A stretch of DNA of 64,000 nt. It comes from Antedon mediterranea. Lineage: Eukaryota; Animalia; Echinodermata. Positions within the stretch are counted from its first letter, which is position 1; every line of letters starts with the position of its first letter. The notes beneath the pieces are model-generated. The model did no database searches and had not been told where the DNA came from. It was given only the letters and a program-made list of their open reading frames with translations. The stretch covers positions 14,742,795 through 14,806,794 of the forward strand of contig NC_092670.1 in NCBI RefSeq assembly GCF_964355755.1, in the 5' to 3' direction. Below are positions 39,201-45,197 of this stretch, one piece after another. The translations under genes were made by a program, and so were the position numbers.

Positions 39201-41087
39201 CTCACATTGTAACAGATCACATATATTGGCTAACTCTAAAAAAAAAATGTATTGATCTATGTTATTGGTGCACTTAGTAAGAGAACATGGCCATATATAG
39301 ATGGCTGCAGTCGCGTGCTCAAGTTAGTGTTTACCAACCGACCGACATAGTGAGTTGTAGAGTCGCGTGCAACGTGAAAGTGATACAGAAATTGTCCGCT
39401 ATCACGCCTGTAGTCACTATCGTGCCCTAAAGACCATAACATAGTCTCTACATCTCTGCCGTTGTCTTGATACATTCTGATTCAGTTTCCATCCATCCCG
39501 CACCATGTTTCTCTTCTTTCTTGTTCAAATGTGTTTCTCTTTTGTCAATATTTATTCTTCAAAAGTACATTTATCTTACGGATAGTTATTCGACGTTAAT
39601 TCGATTTTTGCTATCGTCCGTGTACTTAAATTTTAGTAAGTAATGCTCACGACCAATGTTTTTGAGTTATAAACTCAAAAACATTCATATTTAAATCTAA
39701 TTGCGCATTTAACGTGTTCCTCTTAAATTGATATCAATTTATGACTTTATTGAATTCAATTGATTATAAAGTATTAGTTCTAATATAGCCCATTGAAAAC
39801 TCCTTACTATCATTTTTTTGTGCAGGCCGATTTGGATTTATTGCTCTGATCTGTTACTATAATTACCATACCGGCATGATTTTGTGGGAAGAAGGAGACT
39901 CGGCCAACACATGCAATATTCTTCCCCAACCATTTCAGCCATTTGAACGGGTAAAGGGACTGCCACGAAAAGGAATGGACAAGACGATCATGTGACCAAG
40001 TACATACGAATGTCCGAAAGCTTATGTTTCAAATTATAAGCATCAACAAATTCAATTTCTTATCAAACATCGTAAACTATTAAATAGTGGGTCATTTAAT
40101 GAAGTAATCTGGCAGCACTAGTTTTTCTTTTAGCGGTAGTGGATTAAACACCGCCTCAAAGACATTTTAATATAATACCGCCTGTGCGTGGTTAAATAAT
40201 TTCCTGCCTGTTAGAATGTTGATAGGATGCCTATTTTTTTTGTATAAGGAACAAATAAACAAAGGGTAAACCGCCACTCGGCACAGAAATAATTCCAACA
40301 TTCATTTTCATAATTATTATACAAAATCGAATCATTTTAAGGGGAAAGCGAAAAACATCCGGTAAGTAATTCTGAGAAAGGGCCTAATACAAGAATTGCA
40401 AGCCTAACAATGATTCTGTAAAGTGTAATCGAATCTTTTTAACTTTACATTTATTTTAAAAATAAATTATTAAAAACCAATACAATTGCAGGTCTATTTA
40501 AATTTGGTTTATTAATATTATAGGCCTATTACTGTAAAATAATTAAATATTTCGGTGCCAATTTCATTTTTTCAACTATAGCTACTGCAGTAAATACATT
40601 TCGTGTACAGCCTATCCAATTATTTAGCAAGCTTTTAGCTTTAATTGGGTAGAATCAACATTACATTGAGTACCAAAAACATTAAACAAATAGTTACTGC
40701 AGTAACTGAAGTAGAATGATTTGGACATGATCCATAAGGTCTTGGTGTAAATATTGCATGTAGACGAATAAAATCATGTACTTTATTTAACCTTCATTTA
40801 CCTTGACTTTTGCAGGAAATCTCATATGATTCGCAAAAAGTAATCGCATTATGGGTCGAATGGTCAAATTTTTAGACCTTTGTAGGGTGTAATAATATGA
40901 TAACATCTATTTTGGAGATGAATATTATTTCCGTTATCAGGTACGCTAAGCTTACTGAATCTCATAGAGAGGCGTCAACTAAGTTTCACTGAATTAACAC
41001 GTTTTACATGTATAACTTACCTATACCAAATATTGGTGTAGCAAACAGTAGCACGGCTATATAACAATTTAACCAGTGTGACGCCAT
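52..41087 (-). CDS. Multi-exon gene (3'-partial) for a giant mosaic protein: signal peptide - 2x EGF - 3x Kazal - >=47x CCP/Sushi
   Basis: At least 53 coding exons with GT..AG boundaries, all introns phase 1, lengths of internal exons multiples of 3; Cys patterns of EGF, Kazal and CCP; continues beyond position 1. Confidence 0.92.
389..553 (-). CDS. CCP/Sushi exon 46
   Basis: 165 nt; NCPSDNLIKNGEMSGSLTHGQNATFTCNAGYTLVGNYEIFCYDGQYSSNIPSCK. Confidence 0.9.
996..1160 (-). CDS. CCP/Sushi exon 45
   Basis: 165 nt; DCTQPSELIDGTIVADLVHGGVTTFSCNEGFTLVGVDSSVCLDGLLTDPSPECF. Confidence 0.9.
1343..1507 (-). CDS. CCP/Sushi exon 44
   Basis: 165 nt; NCGPSLVIRNGRYIGSLKHDGAIYIICDAGFSLEGQSNMTCYNGQLSSEMPVCR. 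Confidence 0.9.
1815..1979 (-). CDS. CCP/Sushi exon 43
   Basis: 165 nt; DCKEPEALVNGNIQGKYKHNDNIRFTCNPGYSLVGVTNTVCENGQYLDPNPVCY. Confidence 0.9.
2383..2547 (-). CDS. CCP/Sushi exon 42
   Basis: 165 nt; NCAPLTEIVNGQFTGGFNHGDIITITCNVGYSIVGKKKVTCKDGSYNAEFAICQ. Confidence 0.9.
2838..3002 (-). CDS. CCP/Sushi exon 41
   Basis: 165 nt; NCNNSLVIPNGQYSGSFDHGGSINITCDEGYTAVGKTTILCDDGEFNHKPAKCK. Confidence 0.9.
3145..3280. mobile_element. Degenerate small hAT-like MITE
   Basis: CAGGGCCGGATCCAGG ... CCTGAATCTGCTCCG imperfect TIRs; similar ends at 21140-21290; TSD not clear. Confidence 0.4.
3413..3577 (-). CDS. CCP/Sushi exon 40
   Basis: 165 nt; NCLQPAPIQNGQVAAEVVHGGSSTYSCDDGFTPVGTLKVKCEFGNYQTEPPKCY. Confidence 0.9.
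3748..3909 (-). CDS. CCP/Sushi exon 39
   Basis: 162 nt; NCGVPVIPNSKINGSAEHGKSIEVSCDDMFTLVGEPTLTCSSGIFEKDDTICS. Confidence 0.9.
4074..4238 (-). CDS. CCP/Sushi exon 38
   Basis: 165 nt; NCEYPAPLGNGTVQADTNHGGIAVFNCAPRFTLVGVSETTCNDGNYEDPNPECF. Confidence 0.9.
4497..4661 (-). CDS. CCP/Sushi exon 37
   Basis: 165 nt; DCTTPPIILNAEFVGNSKHGDSLFYSCVQGYTAVGVNYTTCDDGTFADFDFSCK. Confidence 0.9.
4950..5111 (-). CDS. CCP/Sushi exon 36
   Basis: 162 nt; NCRPLDLENGLVNGGNNHGDKVRFRCNDGYSIVGRPSLSCRDGQYNGEAPVCY. Confidence 0.9.
5251..5415 (-). CDS. CCP/Sushi exon 35
   Basis: 165 nt; NCDEIEKIENGEVSGSFSHGGVLTFKCNDGYILVGSPVLECTDGIYNTASPVCR. Confidence 0.9.
5782..5946 (-). CDS. CCP/Sushi exon 34
   Basis: 165 nt; NCQDIDNLVNGFVTGSSEHGGSLSFSCITGYTLVGSAEVRCYDGLYDNSLPICS. 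Confidence 0.9.
6108..6278 (-). CDS. CCP/Sushi exon 33
   Basis: 171 nt; NCEQFGPISDALVTGETTHNETVYISCNAGFSLVGSDRATCYNGNFDVDAKSIECF. Confidence 0.9.
6600..6767 (-). CDS. CCP/Sushi exon 32
   Basis: 168 nt; NCPPESIDFPNGQITGSLRHGSVITFTCDGDYTLVGYEEIACVDGALNVKLPECY. Confidence 0.9.
7054..7230 (-). CDS. CCP/Sushi exon 31
   Basis: 177 nt; RCTSLPDVDFATVQGRLEHNSMVFFTCIDGYELVGESSATCIDGSYVYSSNTSLPKCY. Confidence 0.9.
7426..9026. mobile_element. Non-autonomous hAT-type DNA transposon (1.6 kb)
   Basis: 15-bp TIRs CAGGGGTGGCGCCAG / CTGGCGCCACCACTG (1 mismatch); 8-bp TSD ATTTATTA / ATTTGTTA; GC-rich subterminal CCCGACG(A/G)GGGG repeats; no transposase ORF. Confidence 0.85.
8315..8950 (+). repeat. Tandem duplication of a ~319-bp unit inside the hAT element
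   Basis: GTAACCGTCGGTAAACTTCGCCTGGAAAATAACTAC at 8315 and 8634, both ending AAAAAGTACCCGTGTTCCC. Confidence 0.9.
9047..9226 (-). CDS. CCP/Sushi exon 30
   Basis: 180 nt; NCALTPLIPNGSVQRTSDAHASTMDISCDSGYNLVGASSATCNNGTYEYPVNELKPVCY. Confidence 0.9.
9505..9672 (-). CDS. CCP/Sushi exon 29
   Basis: 168 nt; NCEPIFFLPNGLVTATSFEHDGRVRFSCFDGYTLVGRKKLTCNNGKYSDEIPVCY. Confidence 0.9.
9972..10151 (-). CDS. CCP/Sushi exon 28
   Basis: 180 nt; NCFDEPILEYGSVTKSSNNHGSTIDYTCNEGYSLVGAKFSTCDDGQYVLANKKKEPTCY. Confidence 0.9.
10343..10516 (-). CDS. CCP/Sushi exon 27
   Basis: 174 nt; DCLTLPPLDNGVVNGNSTHGSVVTFECNDDYTRVGGSYAECDAGNFVYEGGLLPTCY. Confidence 0.9.
10851..11012 (-). CDS. CCP/Sushi exon 26
   Basis: 162 nt; NCNEFTIPNGQFSGSFQHGGAIEITCDFGYSLVGSNIITCEDGQLSSTDTQCI. 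Confidence 0.9.
11622..11786 (-). CDS. CCP/Sushi exon 25
   Basis: 165 nt; NCESPPFLDNGRVDAVLNHGGVAKFKCNDGYTLIGAARTTCINGQFEELNQQCL. Confidence 0.9.
11833..13112 (-). mobile_element. Non-autonomous Helitron, family A, copy 1
   Basis: Colinear with 44108-45164; minus-strand 5' end A|TCTATAC..ATAAATTATGG; 3' hairpin ending in a mutated CTAG followed by T; no TSD. Confidence 0.8.
13506..13670 (-). CDS. CCP/Sushi exon 24
   Basis: 165 nt; NCVPITDFQNGQLEGSFDHGQRVRFSCNEDYTLVGRKKVDCNDGQYNGDIPSCF. Confidence 0.9.
13997..14176 (-). CDS. CCP/Sushi exon 23
   Basis: 180 nt; NCDDAPILKNGNVSYSSNIHGSSLNYQCSEGYSLVGANTAVCDNGNYVIGSEESESKCY. Confidence 0.9.
14578..14754 (-). CDS. CCP/Sushi exon 22
   Basis: 177 nt; DCNEHPTLANGLITGEYRHSDSVFFYCLDGYSLFGANTANCIDGQYIYASGLSQPECY. 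Confidence 0.9.
14843..15007 (-). CDS. CCP/Sushi exon 21
   Basis: 165 nt; NCESTISILNGRYTGSFTHGGSITFTCDVGYTLVGETTITCENGQYSSSYAICR. Confidence 0.9.
15168..15430 (+). mobile_element. Degenerate 3' fragment of an RTE-clade LINE
   Basis: Frameshifted translation SVRNEDVL...KQWIG...EGKTRRGRKRVTMLDGLK...QLKEEALNREVWRK resembles the C-terminus of RTE/BovB-type ORFs. Confidence 0.7.
15511..15672 (-). CDS. CCP/Sushi exon 20
   Basis: 162 nt; DCQRVELLNGKIIFKAKHGSVSTFVCDEGYTLVGPNSTVCDNGQFADQPPICA. Confidence 0.9.
16396..16785 (+). repeat. ~158-bp tandem repeat in left TIR (about 2.5 units)
   Basis: GCTTAGATATTGTAGATACCACCAGCAAC at ~16438, 16597, 16756. Confidence 0.9.
16945..17090 (+). mobile_element. 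CR1/L2-type LINE 3' fragment embedded in the TIR (mirror copy ~19505-19618)
   Basis: TSTDSGKFSIPARIVRIWNSLPLNVK...FKRKL..HL matches the WNxLP C-terminal motif of CR1/L2 ORF2. Confidence 0.65.
17315..17355 (-). ncRNA. Minimal type I hammerhead ribozyme motif (PLE 3' region), C3 mutated to A
   Basis: TTGCA-aTGATGA-A-GGGC TAGTGTT GCCC-GAA-AGCT-C-TGCTA; 4-bp helix II, palindromic AGCT helix III. Confidence 0.65.
17566..19157 (-). pseudogene. Disrupted Penelope-like RT/GIY-YIG ORF
   Basis: Pieces in ORFs 18735-19157, 18554-18859, 17997-18464, 17566-17952; RT catalytic core (YxDD) missing near 18510-18520. Confidence 0.85.
19263..19305 (+). ncRNA. Type I hammerhead ribozyme motif, antisense to the PLE ORF
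   Basis: GTCTAT-CTGAAGA-TCGTTTAACGT-GAA-ACACCGTGT-A-ATAGAC: perfect 6-bp helix I, intact CUGAnGA/GAAA core, GUA cleavage triplet. Confidence 0.75.
19798..20520 (-). repeat. ~158-165-bp tandem repeat in right TIR (about 4.5 units)
   Basis: GCTGGTGGTATCTACAATATCTAAG at ~19801, 19961, 20126, 20294, 20452. Confidence 0.9.
21140..21290. mobile_element. Degenerate small hAT-like MITE
   Basis: AGAGCGGATCCAGGA ... TCCTTGATCCGACACTG imperfect TIRs. Confidence 0.4.
21547..21711 (-). CDS. CCP/Sushi exon 19
   Basis: 165 nt; DCEQIVQFANGDVSGSFMHDGRVKFTCNEGYRLEGKKKLTCSDGQYDYDVPICY. Confidence 0.9.
21787..22069. mobile_element. Small MITE with TAGACC termini
   Basis: TAGACCATTTTGTGA ... TCACAAAATGGTCTA perfect inverted repeat; TSD unclear. 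Confidence 0.6.
22225..22465. repeat. Degenerate (ATC/ATA)n low-complexity tract
   Basis: Runs of atc/att/ata triplets. Confidence 0.6.
22678..22842 (-). CDS. CCP/Sushi exon 18
   Basis: 165 nt; NCESSISILNGRYTGNFTHGGSITFTCDVGYTLVGETTITCDNGQYSSSYAVCR. Confidence 0.9.
22959..23123 (-). CDS. CCP/Sushi exon 17
   Basis: 165 nt; NCESSISIVNGQYSGSFTHGGSVTFTCDVGYTLVGERTITCDNGQYSSSYAVCK. Confidence 0.9.
23376..23540 (-). CDS. CCP/Sushi exon 16
   Basis: 165 nt; NCESSILIINGGYSGRNTHGGSITFTCDDGYTLEGERTITCDNGQYSSSYAKCR. Confidence 0.9.
23765..23929 (-). CDS. CCP/Sushi exon 15
   Basis: 165 nt; NCQTPSPVINGQVQSYQSHGGITTFTCNDGYTLVGVSSTVCLDGQYQDTFPVCY. Confidence 0.9.
24061..24225 (-). CDS. CCP/Sushi exon 14
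   Basis: 165 nt; NCDSSTSVANGKVFGSFIDGGSINIVCDGGYTLVGESTVSCNSGQFSSAIAECR. Confidence 0.9.
24375..24539 (-). CDS. CCP/Sushi exon 13
   Basis: 165 nt; NCESSISIINGQYTGSFTHGGSITFTCDVGYTLVGERTITCDNGQYSSSYAECR. Confidence 0.9.
24656..24820 (-). CDS. CCP/Sushi exon 12
   Basis: 165 nt; DCESSISIVNGQYTGSFTHGGSITFTCDVGYTLVGETTITCENGQYSSSYAECK. Confidence 0.9.
25261..25425 (-). CDS. CCP/Sushi exon 11
   Basis: 165 nt; NCDPIDTFENGVVVGAWYHQESYTFSCNAGYSLHGRSQVFCIDGQYSTSFPACY. Confidence 0.9.
25625..25789 (-). CDS. CCP/Sushi exon 10
   Basis: 165 nt; NCNGLVEPPNGYIIGDIAHGKAVQYGCYAGYTLVGPSNRTCTDGSWDSLAPSCH. Confidence 0.92.
26103..26264 (-). CDS. CCP/Sushi exon 9
   Basis: 162 nt; NCFPFEFLNGMYVGSMTHGSELVFSCNNDYALVGASRLECNDGQYSAIIPACY. 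Confidence 0.9.
26578..26739 (-). CDS. CCP/Sushi exon 8
   Basis: 162 nt; NCNDLVLPNGEIEGDAEHGSTLVFKCNQDFTLIGRLSAVCTDGVLSNDLPECK. Confidence 0.9.
27018..27185 (-). CDS. CCP/Sushi exon 7
   Basis: 168 nt; KCAPVVTPENGIATGSNLHGQTLTFSCEAGYKLVGEKSIKCFNGVYSGDVPPICY. Confidence 0.9.
27640..27804 (-). CDS. CCP/Sushi exon 6
   Basis: 165 nt; NCQAIDVQEYRIHTGSYTHGSVITFSCTDGRNLYGASEIMCENGVYSDELPNCY. Confidence 0.9.
28010..28174 (-). CDS. CCP/Sushi exon 5
   Basis: 165 nt; GCEPPTSIENGRFEGSFDHGARIVVFCNDGYSVDGNHIISCSDGVMSSGIPVCR. Confidence 0.9.
28562..28726 (-). CDS. CCP/Sushi exon 4
   Basis: 165 nt; NCDLPVMPSELTSSGEPDHGKTVTFKCMSGYTMYGESSSRCTDGAWSSPAPACL. Confidence 0.92.
29094..29258 (-). CDS. CCP/Sushi exon 3
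   Basis: 165 nt; NCDDPGKLLNGNVEGPFTHGSLIRFTCNDGYTLIGNDISTCVDGVWTSYKPRCY. Confidence 0.92.
29568..29729 (-). CDS. CCP/Sushi exon 2
   Basis: 162 nt; NCDDDPILNGKAAGSFEHSTSVTFGCNKGYTLEGLSSLICLKGKYDGVLPICQ. Confidence 0.88.
29875..30084 (-). CDS. Linker + CCP/Sushi exon 1
   Basis: 210 nt; QYNDNTTHCERPDETVGMIMFVQGKIDDETIVSDGTQVGFSCEEGYSLHGKDEINCKNGEFDFPVPKCY. Confidence 0.9.
30301..30450 (-). CDS. Kazal-type domain exon 3
   Basis: 150 nt; FTCGLRKPYKCNTCLRLTGEVCGSDGQRYSSECQLRVKACRRKSLHMIP; last Cys is formed across the splice junction (T|GT). Confidence 0.88.
30466..31599 (+). mobile_element. Non-autonomous Helitron, family B
   Basis: A|TCTATATATAAATT 5' end; 3' hairpin CTAGATGGTACGC-GAGGGAAGCGA-GCGTACCATCTAG|T; inserted between A and T, no TSD. 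Confidence 0.85.
31882..32022 (-). CDS. Kazal-type domain exon 2
   Basis: 141 nt; CRCKCMPIKDPVCGTDCITYDNECELNNARKCSNPSLRKSYHGDCR. Confidence 0.9.
32429..32575 (-). CDS. Kazal-type domain exon 1
   Basis: 147 nt; PCGKECSTKYQPVCGSDGYTYQNGCELEKASCLDNSLICASLGECASN. Confidence 0.9.
32721..33653. mobile_element. Degenerate non-autonomous DNA transposon with GGTCCGG/CCGGACC subterminal repeats
   Basis: Clusters of CCAAAACTGGTCCGG / CCGGACC..TTTTGGC at both ends; right end CGTGACAG; left terminus decayed. Confidence 0.55.
33794..33913 (-). CDS. EGF-like domain exon 2
   Basis: 120 nt; TNLCEPNPCYNSGKCILENGGTDRRCLCRAGFFGTNCER. Confidence 0.92.
34253..37760. mobile_element. hAT-like element or composite (3.5 kb) with matching TIRs
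   Basis: CAAGCCCGTAGCCA ... TGGCTACGGGCTTG 14-bp TIR; 8-bp flanks do not match; internal direct repeat 35165-35325 / 35910-36045; no transposase ORF. Confidence 0.55.
39119..39235 (-). CDS. EGF-like domain exon 1
   Basis: 117 nt (alternative acceptor gives 111 nt); LANICDLLQCENGGTCLTDGDDGYCECLPGYSGYRCEH; C2-xxxx-T-C3 O-fucosylation consensus. Confidence 0.92.
39289..39372 (+). repeat. Dispersed repeat, second copy at 59077-59150
   Basis: CCATAT(AT)AGATGGCTG(C/T)AGTCGC(G/A)TGCTCAAGTTAGTGTTTACC..CCGACCGACATAGTGAG shared. Confidence 0.8.
39867..39959 (-). CDS. Candidate 93-nt phase-1 exon (half-EGF-like peptide)
   Basis: Pyrimidine tract + CAG acceptor, TATG|GTAATT donor, open frame PLPVQMAEMVGEEYCMCWPSLLLPTKSCRY. 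Confidence 0.45.
41021..41087 (-). CDS. First coding exon: signal peptide
   Basis: ACAATGG start; MASHWLNCYIAVLLFATPIFGI; phase-1 GTAAGT donor; acceptor at 41103 implies an upstream non-coding exon. Confidence 0.85.
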
Positions 41088-44000
41088 TGTCACAAAATAC
41101 ACCTAGAAATGAGAAAGAAAGGGCGAGTTAGTTTTATAATTCAAGATAATTCTTGTTTTAAAAAGCGGCAGGCTTGATTTATCTAACATGACTCGCAAAT
41201 TACAGAATGGGAATCTATGCTTTTTAAATCAATTAGCCTCAAATTTTTTATTATTAGGCTATAAGTAGTGGAATGGTTACCGGAACCACGAACAAAGGAC
41301 CTTGAATTTGGTAACAAATTGTTATTCAATGTTCCTTTTCGCAGACCGATCATTTAGCGCCATTTTTTGTATGTTTAATATTGCTGTGTTAAAGTTTGTA
41401 ACCATTTTTTTTTGTAGAAGCAAAAACTGAAGAAAAACAATGTTTCATGCATCAAATGAATAAATGAAAAAAGGGTTGTCAATATTACTATTTAATCCCA
41501 GGAAGGAAAGCGCAAAATTAATGGTTAATTCAATCAAGTAGGCCTACATTGAATGTTAGAATGAATAACACGTGTAGAGGCTGTCAAAAAAGAATCCTTC
41601 ATTTATTAATTAGGATACAATGTTATGAACATTTAGGCCTACATGCAATGTGTTAATCGTGACTAGAGATACTTATGTGATGTGAATCTCAGACCAGGGA
41701 AAACTGCATCCTAGTTTCGAACCATGCAGTTCTTGTCGGTCTGGTCTGCTACTTTTGATGAATTTACTCAATCTCTAATTAATTGTCACAATCGATTAAA
41801 GTTGAAATAGATTAAGCTCTCAGAAACTGAGCGAATGGCCTAACTTGAAAAAAAAAGAGATGCCTATAGAAAAGTCGAGACCAATCACTCCCATACCCAA
41901 GGCCTATATTATCTTTTTGTTAATATTAAATTATTTAATTAAATTAACACTATTAATCAACTATCTGTTTCGCTTTAACTTTTTTTATGTCGCGTTCTTT
42001 TCTCTTGGTATGATAAGGACATCGATTGTTCGTTCTTCCGTGGGATATTTTTTAACAGGATGTATTACCGGACACTTGACTGGACATTCTATCTGCTTCC
42101 AAAAGATATGTGTCCTTATTTACAAAATATGGTACAATTTTCAATCTGAATTTGATTACTTTTACGATTAAGATTTTAAAATAAATTGAAGTATAAATTA
42201 AAATTTACACCATTTTTGTTCAATTCTAAGATTTTGAACAGGCAATCAATATACAGTAATGATAATAAAAATAAAAAATTAGCAAAAATGTAAGTAAAAT
42301 ATAATAACCAAAAAAGATCGACGTTTTGGAACCATCATGGAACCATAATTCTCAAGAACAAATTAATGATTAACATATTTAAATGTTAATCATTTGTTAA
42401 AACAACAATTAAACAAAAGCACCAAAGCGTGACAGGAAAAAAAGCCTACAAAGCTAGGCCGCTCATCCTAGTTAATTATTAATTTGGCTTTGGTGCTTTT
42501 ATTTTATTTTTTTTTAACTTAGAGCCGCATTTCTTTTCATTTCAGGTATAGTATTAAGGAAAAGCCTTACTGATTACTTTTATGATTTCCCTTCTACAGA
42601 TGAAAACTACTTCTACTAGATTTTGGGTTTTTTTTCTCTCAAACAGAACAAAGGTTTTTATTTAAATTTAGTTGTTAATATGATTTCGGATTATTTACAA
42701 GGGCGTAGAATTGATAATAGTAACCATAATCTAAATTTCCCATTTGTTCTGTCACGAACATTGATTTTTGGAATACGTAAGGAGGCTAAAATAATGCAAT
42801 AACATTTGAATAAGGTCGTTAAGTGTAACCTTTGTGAGAGGCCTATATCAGCATCGTCTTCTTTAGCCTTGTTTTATCATTACCACTTCCGATAATCCAC
42901 CAATTATTTAGGATTTATTTCCTACACTCCAGAGTTCATCCAGAATGATTTTCCCCCTTTCAATTTCCTTATCCGTTAACCGGCAGTTAGTGTACAATGC
43001 AACGTTTATTGATAGTTGTTATAATCACTGATTATCACTAGTCCGTGGACAGATAACAGTTGTTGTGTTTTACTCGTTTCATTTATTTATTTCACCAGCA
43101 TAATACCAATATAAATAATGACAATACAACAAAGATATGAGAAATGATGGGCATGGGTAGTTTATGCAAAATACATCACTGTAACTCAAATAAGTCATCT
43201 ACTCTTCATATAAAAAGAAATTAACATTTAAAAAGGTAACACAGTTAACCAATTGTTATTAAAATTTGTCTATTATAGTATCTGTCTACAAATGTAAAAG
43301 AAAAGTCAGCAAGGATCAAATTTATATTTATTTATTTATTCAGGTATAACAAAAATTACAAAGAGCAGACAAAAGTTTGAAAATATTGTATTACAAAGCA
43401 TACATACAGAAAAGCATATTAAAAAAACATTAAAATGTAACAATTGCAAGGTTATTAGATGAGTTATCATATATGTTGCACATTCACCTTTTTTTCTAAA
43501 AAAATATTATAGATGAGCTTGATTGAAGAAAAGCAAGACGGAACCTATTACATTTTGGCTTTGTTGGTCAAATTGTGAATATTAATTGAGGATAATTTGA
43601 GAGGTAGTCGGGGTCCTTCCCACTGACTGTATCTAAATTCCCTGTTTTAATTATTTATGGGAACGAAGCTATGAATGTCCAGTGGTGGACTAAGAAACGA
43701 ACAGTTTTACAAAATAATAGCGGCCTTCCCAGGTTCAATAATATTACCAGTAGGTAGTTTATCAATATCATGTCATTAAGTTATTAAGTGTATACTTGTC
43801 AATCAGGCAATTCAAATAGGATACCGGTACTACACAAGGTTGAACCATAAAAAACTTGCACGTTTGACAAAAAATAAATAAATAAGAACAAACAACACTA
43901 TGTGTATATAAACATAAAGGGCGTATAAGAATGTAAAAAAAAGGAGGACCTCAGAACTGGGCTTTAGGTCTAAAAAAAAGGACAGCTTTTTGACAACATT

Positions 44001-44107
44001 AAAAAAACAACGCCTACATATTATATTGTACACAAATTGAATTCACAGAAGAACTGAAAATAAATTCTTGTCAGAAATAATAATGATATTACAACAATAT
44101 GATACTA

Positions 44108-45164
44108 CTAGAGGGTGAGCTCGCTTCGCTCGCTTCCCCTCTAGGAAGTGTAGACGATGGTTCTCGGAATGATAATGTTCTCCTTATACGTTTTCTGTCG
44201 GTTACCATTATTGAAAATGCTTGACATTCGTAAAACTAAACTACTTTGTTTCACAGTGTTTTAGATGATTAATAACATTTTAAAGTACAGTTTTTATTGT
44301 TTGGTAGGGCCCTTTGGGGAGGCGGAGGTCATTTGAGGGAGGTGCTTATTCGAGGGATATATGTTAAATTTTGTAGTTTTAATAATATGGTAACATTTAT
44401 AATCAAATGAAATCCTCTAATAGATATGACATAAGACATTACGGCTTGCAACATGGGCAGACATCTCGGTCCTAACGGGACACAGGAAGATAGCCTACAG
44501 TTATTCCTGCAAGCTTACTCAATAAAACTCAGCTATCGGGATTTCACTCGAAAAAAGTCTTATCATCAAATCTCTCTATGTAATTTTATAATACTATTCC
44601 CCACAATATATTCTGATTCTTTATGGCGTATATTTAATTTGATCTTTATTAATGTGCAGTATAATTCCTATTATTTAACTACTGTACCTTCACACACGCG
44701 CGGTATGTTTTAAAATAAACAAAAAACTGAAATGGCTATGATTAATGGCCAAATACATCTGGGTTTTTTTTTTCGTCTTCCAAAGGGACACTGTATTGAT
44801 TGATAGAAAGTGCCTGTTTCCAGTCACCTTTAGGGTCAAATCTATTATTTTAACTGCTCCCTTGTGTATAAAAGAGAGAAAATATTTGAAACCAGGTTGT
44901 TGCAAGGTGAACTTATCTTAAACCCGGAAATTACTTTGACCGGGAAGAATTGAAATTGAGAGGAAAATCTAATGTTGAAATCAATCAACATCTTCCTAAG
45001 ATAGAAATATGGAACAATAGCGTCGCTTTGAACACTAATGTTATCAAATCTGCGTTTCGCGGTACATTTCTGATAGATAAGGTAGGTATCCAAGGCGGAG
45101 ATTTGTACTGAAGTTTTTGCATTGTGCTCGCCTATGTCAGAATTAACCATAATTTATATATAGA
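44108..45164 (-). mobile_element. Non-autonomous Helitron, family A, copy 2
   Basis: Minus strand A|TCTATATATAAATTATGG ... CTAGAGGGGAAGC-GAGCGAAGCGA-GCTCACCCTCTAG|T; homologous to 11833-13112. Confidence 0.88.
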
Positions 45165-45168
45165 TACC

Positions 45169-45197
45169 CATGGAGGTTTTATTTTTATACCTCCATG
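45169..45197. mobile_element. P-superfamily-like mini palindrome / excision footprint
   Basis: CATGGAGGT...ACCTCCATG; 7-bp TSD CTATACC (left copy split by the Helitron). Confidence 0.7.

Noticed and set aside
52-41087. Assigning a symbol such as SVEP1, CSMD, CR1 or CFH to the CCP gene
   Set aside because: No vWA, pentraxin or CUB exons seen and the EGF-Kazal head does not match those genes; orthology unsupported
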